Below, piece after piece: positions 41,004 through 58,295 of a stretch of 64,000 nt of DNA. A program made the translations under genes and the position numbers. The notes under the pieces were generated by a model. It saw only the letters and a list, made by a program, of their open reading frames with translations. It ran no database searches and was not told the origin of the DNA. Position 1 is the first letter of the stretch, and each line of letters opens with the position of its first letter. The stretch comes from the human T2T-CHM13v2.0 reference genome, Homo sapiens, in assembly GCF_009914755.1 (NCBI RefSeq), contig NC_060935.1. One strand, 5' to 3'.

Positions 41004-42119
41004 GTGAGCACCTTCATCTCAACTGTCCTTCGTCTCAGCTGTCTTACTAGTATCTCTTCTCCCTGGCCACCCCTACCTGTGTTCTTGAGCCCATGCCTCC
41101 CTCCCTGTCGTAGCCTCATCAACCCCTCCCTCAGCTTTTCCTAGAGACAAGCTGCCTGCCCTTCCTTCCCAGGTGTGCCTTGCATGGATCTGGCTCACAA
41201 GCTATCTCCCCAAAAACCCACACTTGAAAGGCAGTTCTGTAGGATGGATGCATGGCCCAGGTGGTGCTGCTAATCTTCTCCTGGACTTAGCTCATGAGGC
41301 TTTCAGATGTTACACTTGACTCCTCTGTTCAGAAACCTTCTCTTCATTGTCTTCCACTCCAGGCGCCCAAGCTCCGCCTCCCTTCTCTTTTTCTCTACCT
41401 TGTACCTAGCTCATGCTAACTGCTATCTATACATTATGTCATATCTGATGGAGCACCTGTTATTTCTACTTTATAAATGAGACAGTTGAGGGTCAGGGGC
41501 TCAGTAACTGGCTTCAGGCCACCTAGTAAGTAGAGGCACTGGGATTCAAGTTCAGATCCCAATCATTCTGTTTCTACCACACCACTGTATTTGCCCACCC
41601 TCTGGTGCCCCTGCCGCTTAAGGACTTCTAGGCTTCTGTGCTCACGACTGTGGTTATCCAGCTCTGGTGGCGTCTGCTTTTTAGACTTCTCTCCTTTGAC
41701 TGGTTCTCTTGGGCTCTGATATTGTTGTTGTTTAGTTCTTTGTTTTTCATCCAACTTTACCTATTGCTTATGCAGGGATTTAGGGGACTGGGAAGTTATT
41801 TTACATGGTGAATCCAGGCTGGGTGGCATTTTCTGATATCCAGGCAGTGTACTGGGTCTGACAGGTAGGAGTATGGGCAAAAGTAGGAAATTAGAACTCT
41901 ATCAAAAATGCCTTTACATTCCCTCTTAAAATGGAAAAAATCAGTCAGTGACTTTTTATCTTGGCCAACTGCTCCTTAGAGACCCCACGATAGTGGCTCT
42001 GATTCTATCTGTCCACATATACAGAACTGCAGTGTGAGCTGAGAGCTGAGAGAGGCCCCATATTTCCCTCTGCTGGCATTCCTAGCCTAGAAGTAATTTA
42101 AGAAATTTAAACTGTCCTA

Positions 42120-42419
<300 letters not shown>

Positions 42420-42573
42420 CTAGAAGGATGTCTGTATGTAGAGATGTAGGCCTCTTACTCAGACTGGTAAGATATTTTCTATGTAGAGGTGACAGGGGTT
42501 AGGTTTTGGATGAGTTGTTATTTTTTTGGTTGTTTGTAATAATGATTTGTTTTTGTCTTATTCCTCTCTCCAG

Positions 42574-42657
42574 AAATTGATAATTATCATTGTGCTAGTA
42601 GTTGTGTTGCTGGGCATTTTAGCATTGATTATTGGACTTTCCGTTGGGCTGAATTAA
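42574..42657 (+). CDS. STX3: Syntaxin-3 exon 10A, transmembrane anchor of STX3A (KLIIIIVLVVVLLGILALIIGLSVGLN*)
   Basis: CAG acceptor; hydrophobic helix; TAA 42655-42657; exon continues to donor GTAAGT at 42688; total CDS 289 aa. Confidence 0.97.
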   Translation, partial: KLIIIIVLVVVLLGILALIIGLSVGLN

Positions 42658-43444
42658 GAGTGGCCTAAGAGGCTGCTGCACTGAAATGTAAGTAAACGAG
42701 TGGTTCTTGGGGACTCTGGATTTGGCTCCTCAAGAGGAAATTAGCTTGGGATTTCAAATTCCTCTTCTTTCCCCCTATGATTGTCCTTGGACACACTGAG
42801 CTTTCTAAAACTTTCAGTAGCCTGTGGATTCTTTATCTCCTTATAGTTCTATTGGTTTCTGGCTGCAGTACGTGGATGAGCTCTCCGTTTGTTCTTATCC
42901 TGTAGATTCTGTCCCCAATCTCTGTCTTGTCGTATTACCACTTCTCCCAGCATACCTGAGCACCCCAGGTGACTCCCCTTACTCAGGAAGCATGCTTCTA
43001 AGTTGGGTACATCTCTGTCTTGGATCTGGAGTCTGTCTTCTGAATTCTTACTGATTTTCATGGATGTTGGGCTTTACTTTCTGTATCCTTTTCAATGTAA
43101 ATGAAACTCTGAATTGGGATTTGGATCTGCAGAGTTTTCTCTGTTGCTGAGTGGTTGGGTCTTAAATGATGATAGTTAACACACTTTTGAGTGTTGTGTT
43201 GTACCAGACAATGTACTAAACACCTTATACACATATCATTGAATCCTTACAACATCCTTTGAGACAGATACAGTGTTATGCACATTTTACAGACAAAGAA
43301 ACTCAGTCAAAGAGAATGTTGAATAACAGGGCCAAGTTCACACAGCTAATAGTGGACCTAGCTTCTCTTTGTAAAAGAAGGTAGCCACTTATCATTAACT
43401 ATAAAGCCTGGAGAACCTTAGAGGATAGCGATGCTAAAATTTAG

Positions 43445-44480
<1,036 letters not shown>

Positions 44481-46145
44481 AGTGACTTTTAAAATATTTT
44501 TCTGAATAAAATATAGCATGCATTGTTAAAAAAAAACCTATAAAATACAGAAAACATAAAACTAATGAACTTTTAATATTATTGCTGATAACCTTGTGGC
44601 ACGTTCACATACTCAGACATAGTTTTACATAGTTCAGACTATATTATCCAGTTTTGTACCCAGTTAGAAAATTATAAGCATCATTCCACAGCATTAAAAT
44701 CTCTTTGTAAATCTAATTTTCAATATGAGATTGTGGCCATACTCTCAAATATTTAACATTTTCACAATGTTGGAGGTTTATGTTATTTTGCTGTAGCTAA
44801 CAGTGTGACTAACCTTATTTAATATTTTTCTCATTTAAATTTTCTCTTTATTACCAACTCATATAAGTTGGAGTACTGAAATAACAGGTATAAACATTTT
44901 TAAGACTTGGCACATAATACCATGCCAGTACCCAGAGCTGTGCCTTCCTTTTATATTTGTTTCAGTGTGTCTCTTCTTATTCCTCCTCCTTCCATGTGAC
45001 CAGGGGATCTAAAAGTCAGCTTATTACAGCATTGAGCATTCAACTTCATCTTGAAAGATAAGCAACAGTGAGATGAACAACCTCTCATAGACAGGTGGTT
45101 GGTTGATTTTTTTTTTCCCCTCTTTTTTCTGGCACTTGGAGTCTAGCCCTTGACTTTTTTGTATGTGAACTTTAAATTTTGGTTTGGCTCTGAACAATCT
45201 GATTGAAATAGATGTTGAAATTTTAAAAAGATATAAGAGTTGTTATTTTTCCATATCCTTGGATGAAAGATGATATGCAAATTTGTGGTGCCCCTTTCTA
45301 TTCCTAATTCCAGGACTTCAGAAGGTATATGAATCATTTTTCAGGACGTAACTCCTCAAAGAGGAGCAGACTAATTAATATGTTGTTTTTGGTTGACTAA
45401 CCCTATCTTTAACCTGCTAAATTGCTGAGCAGTTGTTAAGCTGCTTTTTTTGTAGTGTATTCCATGTTCCCTAACAAAGTCAAGACTGATTGTTGCCTAG
45501 GTCTGGACTCTCCTCTTCCTCCATGTCACCCAAGGGAGAGAGGTCTCTGAACAGGAGGGTAGACAGTGTGTTTATATTTCCTAGTAATGTGCCAGCTGCT
45601 TGCTCTAAGATCATAGTATCCTCATTTTACAGACGGGGAAAGAGCAATGAAGTTAAGGAACTTGCCCAAGACTACATAGCTCATAAGGTGGAGCAGCCAT
45701 AATATGACCCCTGAACTTTTTCCATAGGCTTTTCATTGTGTCCTTCTGTTTTCTAAAAGAAAGGCAGCAGGGAGTTCATGAAGATCGAGAACCAGAAAGC
45801 AGCTCCTGCAGCCTGTCTTCAGGAGCGGTGTTGCTGTGGGACCTGCAGAGCAGGTGTTTTCACTAGGGATTGTCCCTTCCCACCACGTCCTTCCATGGGT
45901 GTGGACAGCCTGTGAGAAGGCTTATAAAAGGCCTAGAGGCTTTTCTATTTTTTTCCCCTCTCACAGTAGGGCTTTTTGTTCTTTGTACAGTGGGATATTT
46001 AACTCCAAGTTCTGTCCTGGGTTTGTCTATTTCATAGTGATTTCTGGTCTTTCCTCCCCACCTTCCAGGTTTGTGGCTGACTCCTTCTGTTGCCCTTTGC
46101 CTTCTTCCTGTGTACTGATCAGCTCCTCCTTTCCCTGCCTCCTAG

Positions 46146-46193
46146 AAACTGATTTCACTCCAGACTGGTGTGGCCACCCTTGTCTTCAGATGA
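46146..46193 (+). CDS. STX3: Start of terminal exon 11; codes KLISLQTGVATLVFR* when exon 10A is skipped (soluble STX3S), otherwise 3' UTR
   Basis: Long pyrimidine tract, CTGATC branch-like motif, CCTAG acceptor 46141-46145; in frame with exon 9; TGA 46191-46193. Confidence 0.85.
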   Translation, partial: KLISLQTGVATLVFR

Positions 46194-46480
46194 GAATGGA
46201 GTCTGAATGGCCTTCCTGAGAGCGAGTGCGACCCGTTCCTTTGTTTCCTTGCAACCACCCTTGGACCTGACTCAGCTAACAATCTAGCCCTGGGGGAATG
46301 TGATCTACCTGATGCGACCCTGAGTTCTCCCCAGAGCCTCCTCCTGCCCCACCAGCTCTCAAGTACCTTTTCTCCTGGACTGTGTGGACCCACCCAGCTT
46401 TCTTCCTCCCTGTTGTGTGTCAGATTATGCCTTGCACTTGGGAAAGCTCTTGTGAGACTCTCCCAAGGTGCTGTATTTTT

Positions 46481-46488
46481 CTACCTCA
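46481..46488 (+). promoter_or_regulatory. let-7 family 8mer seed match (CTACCTCA) in the STX3 3' UTR
   Basis: Exact 8mer complement of the let-7 seed, in the proximal UTR with U-rich upstream flank. Confidence 0.55.
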
Positions 46489-47967
46489 TGGAGTATTCTC
46501 CCAGAAACTGCAATGTATTTTTTTAGGGGAGTATCTTTAACAAAGCAGAATGATTCTTCTAAGTTTGGCAACAAGAAGGCTTGGATCTGAGTCTTCTACC
46601 TGGCAGGATGCCAATCCTGTTTGTTGTCCGTATGTCCTGAAAACATGAGGGACTGGCAGATGTCATTTTGGTCTAAAGAGCTGACTTGTTTGAAATTCAG
46701 CCTTAAATTAAGCTCTTAGTTGTTCAGCTTGGGGGGCAACTTTGATTTTTCTCTGTGTTGTAGTCTCTCATATTTACTCAAGGAGGGACCAGGATGATAC
46801 AGTCATCTGAGGTTATGCTTTGCAAAAGGCTGACGGTATGGAATATGTTTCCATGTCTGAGTCTTAGAAACTGGCTGCTCATTGTTAGAAAGTGATGCTT
46901 TGTGAGACTATTGTCTTGGGGCCAAAAATAATCAGGGATTTTAAATTGGGCAAGGGACAAGGTGCTAGAATCCTAAGCTCTGGAAATATTTCATGACACT
47001 GGTGTATTCACTCATGTGTTCCAGATGTATTCTAATTGTGTATGAAATGTATGTACACATAAGTGTGTGTGTCTCAGGAAGTAGGAAATAAAAATGGAAG
47101 CTATTATGACCTCAAAAAAAAAAAGCCAACTTTGAGCTAGGATAAAAATTGGGTAAAGGACATTTGCTTACCTGCAAATGAATCACTGTGGAAATGTGAT
47201 CTTCCCATATCATCAAGAAACTTGTTTTCTGGATGAATACTGGGAGAATAAAATGAGAACTCTGGAGTGAGCTAAATTGATCCCAATTAAGTTTTTCTGC
47301 TTAGCAGACAGAAGGTATAATTTTTTGACACCCTTTCCCACCTGGTGCCTATGCTAGGCTTGTCCTGAGAACATCCCTCAGTAACTTGATATTCACATGA
47401 CCTACAGGATGTCCCATCTGCAGGGCTGAGTCAGTTGGGGAACACCAGAGGCTACACAGTAGCTCTTCCTGCTACTCGGTTAATGAGCTTGGCAGGTTCT
47501 TTGTCTCACTGAATTCTTATCATGGAAACAGCAGCAGCAGCCGCTAGGAAATCTTCAAGTGTAGTGTCTGTGCTAACCCAGTGGTAAATCCCTTAGATCC
47601 CCTGCTGGTCTCTGGCAGTCTCCTTGATTTTGGGTACCATGTATATTTTCCGCTTTGACTTTAACGCTTTCTAGGATAGGGTAAGCACCCTTAATTCAGG
47701 CACTGTCCATTAGCTTCCTTTGCAAAGGCTACTTATGGCCGGTCACAATCCAGCACTCAGACAGAGCCAAGGCAATATCCTCTTGCCCATGGCTATGATG
47801 TCAGACAGTGGATGGGCTCCAGCAACAAGAGACAAAATAACTAAAGGCCTTTGCTCTCCTCTGACATTGAGGCCTGGGGCTTACAGTTTGGAATACAACA
47901 TGTGAAGGTTTTTGTTGTTGTTTGTATTTTTTAGATGTAAACTTGATTATTTTATTGCTAATTTAAA

Positions 47968-47973
47968 AATAAA
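47968..47973 (+). terminator. STX3 proximal polyadenylation signal
   Basis: AATAAA with upstream U-rich and TGTA elements and a downstream GU-rich stretch. Confidence 0.7.
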
Positions 47974-48508
47974 AATGACTTTGTATTGATTGTGAAACGG
48001 TTCTGGCTCTGTCTCGATGCAGAAACACAATGATCTGGTGCCACCATGTGGTGATTTTTATTCAGGTTTTAGAATGCAGTTCACACCTTTTTAAGCCATG
48101 TGCTGGATCAGATGGTTCAAAAGTGCAATTTTTGAACATGGTTTAACTCCCACAGAATGCAGTGTAACTATGTTTGTGTTTCAGATTTGAGGTGTTCCCC
48201 CCAAAAGAATTTGGTTCAGTCCTTGGGAGTATCTGGCTTTAGGAGGAAATGGGGGAGATCTGTCACGATGTTATCTAGAAGGTGGAATGACCATACCAAA
48301 CATCCTTTTAATCTAACTTGAATGTCTCACCAAAAATAACATTTCTGTTGGCATTCTGGGTCCTAGAAGCCAGATCCATCTCCTTTTTCCTTCTGTTGCT
48401 CTCTTCCTTCACACCCTCTTCCATGTCCACATGCACTTATCTCCCTGCAGAATACTTTTTGCGATGATGTTTCTCATGTATTCTTTCTTTCCTTGTCTGG
48501 ATGAGCAG

Positions 48509-48586
48509 AAGAAGATCATGATCATGATCTGCTGTATTATCCTTGCGATCATCTTAGCTTCCACCATTGGGAGCATATTTGCCTGA
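48509..48586 (+). CDS. STX3: Syntaxin-3 exon 10B, transmembrane anchor of STX3B (KKIMIMICCIILAIILASTIGSIFA*)
   Basis: Pyrimidine tract + CAG; STX1A-like TM with CC motif; TGA 48584-48586; donor AG|GTGAGC at 48592. Confidence 0.92.
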   Translation, partial: KKIMIMICCIILAIILASTIGSIFA

Positions 48587-50145
48587 AAAAGGTGAGCCAT
48601 CTGTGGGGAGGGTCAGACCTTCTTTCACTGACTTGAAACCTTTGTGTCTTGGGGGCACTCTAGGTGCCTTAATCTGGGTGGGATTAGGTGCTAATAATGG
48701 TTAGAGAAAACTAAAGAAAGGGATGTTTCAGAGACAGAAAAGTGAGTGAAGAATGAACTGTTAGTAGGTAGTCTGTGGGAGGAGGGGGGAGACAGAAGGT
48801 GGCAATCTGTCCTATAACCTGGTGTGGCAGAATGCTTTGTACAGGTGAAGGATAGTGATTCCTGCTAAACAGTTTGAGCCTTGGTATCTGGAAGTGACAA
48901 AAAGAACAAGAATTAGTTCTTGCATTAGGTGCATCTTGAACTTTTTGGAAGAGGGCCGGCCACACAGTAAATTCAAATTAAATTTCTTCCCTTTCAAGGT
49001 TAATGAAAGTTAACACAGCCTTGTATGTAGTCCTTTACCCCGGGTAAGAGGGATTTGGTGATCCCAGCCACGAACACCATGCTATATAATCTATGATTTT
49101 TTTCCTCCATTTTTCTGTTATCTCCCACAGCCCTCACAGATTGATCGACTGGCATTTCTAATCCTCCTTCCACTTCTGTGGTACCATCACTTCTCCACGC
49201 AGACTCCTCATCAGCTTCTCCTCTTTCCATTATGAAACTTCTTAAGAAACAGGGCACCAATCAACTACTTATTAAGAATTATGCAAAGAATAAACGTATA
49301 CAGAATTGGGCGGAGGACAGGGACAGGGAGTACAGATACATAGCTGATTAGGCAGATGGTTTAAAGGAGGACTGCAGGGTAGAGAAGCAAGCAGAGTGGG
49401 CGCCTCTTTAGGAAGTGACACAGCCTGCATGTGCAGTATGGCTGTGAAGGGGCAGATATCATAGCACACCTAACTCAACAGGATCTTACTTGAACTGCTG
49501 TGAGTTGGTCAAGTCAGGGCACTTCTGCTCTTCAGGCTCCTCTAGGTCACACCTTTGACCACCCTACATCTGTTTCCTCTTTCAGGCTCCAGTAGTAGTC
49601 TTAAAAGTGAAGTTTATCTAAGGATAAGCACATGCCTATCTTGCTCACTGCTGTGTCCCCACTTTTTAGCACAGCGCCTGCTGCTTACAGGTACTCAAAT
49701 ATCTGCTGACTTAATTACTTATAATTAAGCTCTTATTTCAGTCATGGACAAATCCTTGGGTTTGACTCCTAAACTCTTTAAGGTACCAATGAGAACGTGG
49801 TTTGTTACTGTCAGAGGCTGTGTAAAGCCGCTTGGGAATGGGCTGATCTGCTTATGCAAAAATGCTACCAACCTTTCAAACCCCATTACCACAACATGAA
49901 AATTTAAAGTGCTTTTTCTATGGGTGGTGATGGTGGAGTTCTAGCAACAGCCTCTTAATCTGTGGAGAAGATGGCTGGCTCCAGGACTGTGGTTCAATAA
50001 CGAAATACAGGCCCACAAAATAAAATAGGTTTATAGCATGACTGAACTCACACATCAGTAGAACACTCTGTGAACCATAACAAAGAACAGATAAAGGTGT
50101 CAAGTGAGAAAGGTGAAATGAGGTTATCACTCACTTCACCTCTCA

Positions 50146-50509
<364 letters not shown>

Positions 50510-51148
50510 TTAATACTGTCCCCAATTCCATTCAAGGTTCAGTTGTGTTCAGCTTTAAAACCAGCTATGTGAATGTGAGTTCTAGTGCAGATTATTTAGT
50601 GATTATGTAACTAAAATTGATGAAAAAATCACACTATACAACTGTGAGGAGCACACAACTGCTAAGTTTGTACTTTTGAAAGTAAATTATTCTTTGTTTG
50701 ATACCTTATTTTTTAAGAAAGTGGGATTAAAAATATTTTGGTCAGTGCTGTTTTCTACCCACCTTCAAAAGCCAATGGTTTGATATTTCTATTAATTTGT
50801 GCTTCCTTTAGTTTTAATAGGGGATAGAAGACTGCAGCTGGTTGGGTCTGGAAAACATTAATCTGGGCAAACGGAGCTGGAGCTATGAGGATCTGAGTCC
50901 TAGGGGGCCCTCATTCACTAGCAGTAAGAATTTAAGTGGTGCATGGCACATAGCACTGTACTAGATTCTGCAGGGGCACAAACATAGAGCCAAACACTCT
51001 CCCTCTTGGAGAATTTCAGACCCAGAAAAGGCCACGCAGTTCTAACTTTTGTCATCGGTTCCTTTTGCTAAAAGGCAAAGGGTATGTTCCTTGCCTATTG
51101 TCCAACATACCCCTTCCAAGATTGTGAGAAGATGGGTAGCTGGGCATC

Positions 51149-51154
51149 AATAAA
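51149..51154 (+). terminator. STX3 distal polyadenylation signal
   Basis: AATAAA followed ~20-40 nt later by a GU/U-rich element. Confidence 0.65.
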
Positions 51155-51450
51155 TATTGAATCAATTGACCTATGTACTGTTGTTTTTTTCTTACTCTAA
51201 AAATGTGTTTTTAACCTAGTAAAATATCACAGAAACTGGCTCCTGAAGTGTGTACGTATAAAAGGCAGTATAAACATTTAAGTGAGACTCGCATCATAGA
51301 TGGGGGAATGCAAACATTTGTTTCAGCCTTCATGTTCATCTTACACCCCAGGAGGACCAAGAACTCTTTAGTCATTGAGGCCTATTTCTTAATCTTTTAA
51401 GGGATTAAGAATGACCAATGAGAAGTTATATCCTGAAGTGATGTTTAAAT

Positions 51451-51460
51451 TTTATTTAAT
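51451..51460 (-). terminator. MRPL16 polyadenylation signal (overlapping ATTAAA/AATAAA on the - strand)
   Basis: TTTATT 51451-51456 and TTTAAT 51455-51460 on +, ~180 nt after the stop codon. Confidence 0.75.
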
Positions 51461-51637
51461 AAAAATACAGTTTTCTTTTTAAATCAACAAATAACATTGT
51501 TTTTCAGAAATCTACTCAAATGCTGCTCCTTAGTTATGGCTTAAGAGCTACCCAAAGACTTCAGTGGGTAGGCTGAGGGGAATAGAAATGCAGAATCCTT
51601 CTTTCAGTAGCCTATATACAGTTATCTCCTACACTCA

Positions 51638-52123
<486 letters not shown>

Positions 52124-52952
52124 CTAAAAGTGAATGGGAGAATTAGAAACACATGCGGACTTCGACATCATCTATGGGCTCATTATTTTGTCTCTTCTAG
52201 TAACTGTGGCTTCAATGATACAATTGAAAATAAAAATCTAAGTTCTAATAAGTCCCATGGAGGAAAAGCCTAGGGTACACAGTAATAGAGTGAAGGGGGA
52301 CCCATTTCAGTGGAGAGCCAGGAAGGCTTCTTTGAAGAGGTGACATCTAAAGCTAAGACCAGAATAAAAAGAACTAGCCAAGGGAAAAGAGAGGAGTGTG
52401 CCAGGCATAAGAAAGGCTTATGTGGAGGCCCTGGCACAGCAGAGGGCTTGGCAAGTTGAACAGAAGCCAATGTGGCTGGAGTAGGGTGAGGAATGGGGAG
52501 AGTGGGCAGGAGGTTCTGAGAGGTCAGTGGGGGTGATTATGTAGGCTGCAGGAAGAGGACTTTGGAATATCACTCTGGCTGCCTGGTGGAAAACAAATCC
52601 TAGTGCACACCCATTTGTGTGGCTGCTGACATCAAGTCTTCATGGAAGCTACTCAACAAGTAAGGAAACAGCTGTCTTCCACATCCTATATTGTGGATGG
52701 TTTTATTTTTACCAGGGCTTGAAAAGATCTCATGATCTGATTATGGGGCACATTAGCTAGCCCCTTCCTTCTGCTTTTACGTTATTTTCACTCTACATTA
52801 AAAAAAAAAAAGATATATAACCCAAATGTTTACTGGGTACCCAGTAGCCTCTGTACATACCAGTTTAAAGAGCAACTGGTGGCAGTTCTAATAAAAACTG
52901 TGGAGGAAGAGACTAAATTATCTCAAGGAGTATGAGATTTTGTTATTCCCTA

Positions 52953-53201
<249 letters not shown>

Positions 53202-53248
53202 CTAGAAAGATTTATAACAGGTGAAAGTCTTAATTTCTTTCTTCTTCA

Positions 53249-53374
53249 TTTTTTGGTAGAGACAGGGTCTCACTATGTTGCCCAGGTTGGTTTCAAACTC
53301 CTGGCCTCAAGTGATTTTCCTGCCTTTACCTCCCAAAGTGTTGGGATTACAAGTGCGAGCCACCATATCCAGCC
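53249..53374 (-). mobile_element. Alu monomer (FLAM-like)
   Basis: Single left arm. Confidence 0.85.
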
Positions 53375-54597
53375 TGAAAGTCTTAAAGTTACCACTGAAC
53401 AGTAACTGTAAAGGTATATTACATTTTTGCAGATGCTTTTAGTGACACTGGAATCTTCTGGCTGTGACAGTGGCTAATGCAAATGTTTCTAAAACTTTAA
53501 AGATAGCAAAGTTTTATCCTCTGAATCCAAATGCACTTATTAATCACCAACTCTGTGCTTAACACTGTAACAGGGATTGTTTGGAAACCACTAGTTCACT
53601 TAATCTTTAAAATAACTTTATAGCCTTGGTATTCTTTCAGGGCTCTCTTTTTAAAAATTTTAAACTTGTCAAAGTTTAACACAGCTATATCAAAGGGCCA
53701 AATTAAAAATATACAGCTCAGTGAATTACCAGAAAGTGAACACATGAACACACACCACTATTACCCAGATCAACAAACAGGATATTAGGCAGGTAGTATT
53801 TTTAATCTCCATTTTATAGAAGAGGAACCCGAGGGCTAAAAACACTTTATAATCTGGTCTATGCCATCCAGTTCAACAGCAAAGCTACATACCATGTCAC
53901 AAAAATATATACATATATTTCCCTGCCTCTCTGGATGTTAATGGGGGTAGTGGAAGAATACTATATTGTACATAAAAATATCTAAGTTCTCCAGCTCTGC
54001 CACATTCTTGTTGAGAAACTTACAACCTAGGAATCCTTTGATCAATGCTCTTTCTCTCATATATGCAGGGACTTTTCATGCTGAGACCTGCACAGGTCAG
54101 TGTGCCAGGTTTTGGTGGGTGGGCAAAACTTCAGGCCAGACATGTGACATCTTCTTTATCATCCTTACTTGACGATTTGGGGAAAAAAGTTAACATACAA
54201 ATCATTTTTAAAAATTTCTTAAATGAACCAAGTATGGCTTTATAATGGAGACAAATACAAAATAGAAGAGTTTGAGGAAATACCAAATTATTACTATCAG
54301 AGTTTCAGAAGCTGCCCCTCAACTTCTATATGTAGCTACAGAGAATCTTAGTAATGCTTTCTTTCACCTACAAGTCAAAATGTACTTTCAAAACGTGGTT
54401 TAACAATTCTGTACAGAAGACCCTCAGATGTACAGACCCTATTCATTTTTTTTGAGGGTTCCAGTATATTTCTTTTTTAAAAAGTAAACTAGTTTTACGA
54501 TATTGTGGCTTAAATTTAACAAATTAAAGCTTTTTCACATATCGTTAGATGACTGCATATATGTAAACTTATTTGGAAAGAACATCAAAAGTTCAGG

Positions 54598-54833
54598 TTT
54601 TTTTTTTCTTTTGAGACAGAGTCTCACTCTGTTGCCCAGGCTGGAGTGCAGTGGCCTCCTGAGTAGCTGGGATTACAGGTGTAAACTACCACGCCCAGCT
54701 AATTTTTTGTATTTTTAGTAGAGATGGGGTTTCACCAGGTTGGCAGGCTGGTCTCCAACTCCTGGCCTCAAGTGATCCACCCGCCTCCGCCTCCTAAAGT
54801 GCTGTGATTACAGGCGTGAGCCACCATGCCCGC
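54598..54833 (-). mobile_element. Alu with internal deletion
   Basis: GCAGTGG joined directly to CCTCCTGAGTAGC. Confidence 0.9.
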
Positions 54834-55145
54834 TCAAAAATCCAGATTTCAGGCCAATGACTACTGGCTGAGTGGACCATGGGACACACACCAGTGGGAG
54901 GTTTTAGGGGAGCTATCTCATTAGACGCTGCTCCGTAAGAGCAAGGAACTTTTTTGGTTTCCTTTGTCTTTGATTTATTTCTAGTGCTCAGAATATTAGT
55001 TGGCAAAACTGTAAGCTCTAAAAACATATTTATTGAAAGAGTGAACGGGGATGGGAAACACGAGAACATTCCTATGTCATCTCCCACCCGCTCCTGGTTT
55101 CCATCAGAGAAAAGATTTACGAACAGGAGAAAGACAAGCTCTCAC

Positions 55146-55211
55146 CTTCAAAACTTGGTACTGGGAGCAGTGTCTTTACGCCAGCACTGGCGGGGAGGAG
55201 TGCCCAGGAAT
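55146..55211 (-). CDS. MRPL16: MRPL16 exon 2 ([22 protein letters not shown])
   Basis: TTTGTAG acceptor; GTGAG donor; 66 nt. Confidence 0.95.
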
Positions 55212-55246
55212 CTACAAAGACAAATCAAGTTAAACGACGAAGGTAA

Positions 55247-56280
<1,034 letters not shown>

Positions 56281-56645
56281 CTTTTGTTTTATTTATTTAT
56301 TTTTCTGCGGAGTACAACTGTTAGTGCCTGCCGGTTGCTTAGCAAGGTGGTCCCTTACGATTCACAGCCTTTGAGATGATTTTCTAGGGGACCCCTCAAA
56401 GACATTAGGAGAATACCAGATTTAGCAATGGTTTAACATGTATAGGGCAATTGCAATGTGTCATTGAGTACCTCATTCGTTAGTCCTGCCAACGAATCTG
56501 TGAGATAAGTCATTATACTTATTTTGCAGATTCCATCCTGAGGGTGAAATAATTTAACTTGTTCTGGGTCATACAACAGGAAAACAGTACCATCAGAATT
56601 TGAGCACAGTCTGTGATTCCAGAGATCTCAGTGAATGAACAATAT

Positions 56646-57689
<1,044 letters not shown>

Positions 57690-58127
57690 AGTTGAATATT
57701 GTGCAATATTGTTTTGAGTGAAAAATGAAGTGGCACTAAAATCACGGTTTGATTGGTCTCTAAGTCTTTTGGTACCCCAAAACTTCTACCTTATTGTTTA
57801 TTTCAAAAGAGCCAAAAAGTGCAATCTACGGATCCAGTGCAATCCCTATCAAAATTCCAATGCCATTTTTCACAGAAATAGGAAAAACAACCCTTAAATT
57901 CATTTGGAACCACAAAAGACCCTGAATAGCCCAGACAATCTGGAACAAAAAGAACAAAGCTGGAGGCATCACACTCCCTGACTTCAAAACATAAGTTGAT
58001 TGTAATCGAAACAGCACGGTATGGCAGAGAAATAGACACACTGACCAAATGAATAGGATAGAGAGCCCAGAAATAAACACACACATTTATACTTCATTGA
58101 TTTGTTTTTTTTTTTCTTGAGACATAG

Positions 58128-58295
<168 letters not shown>

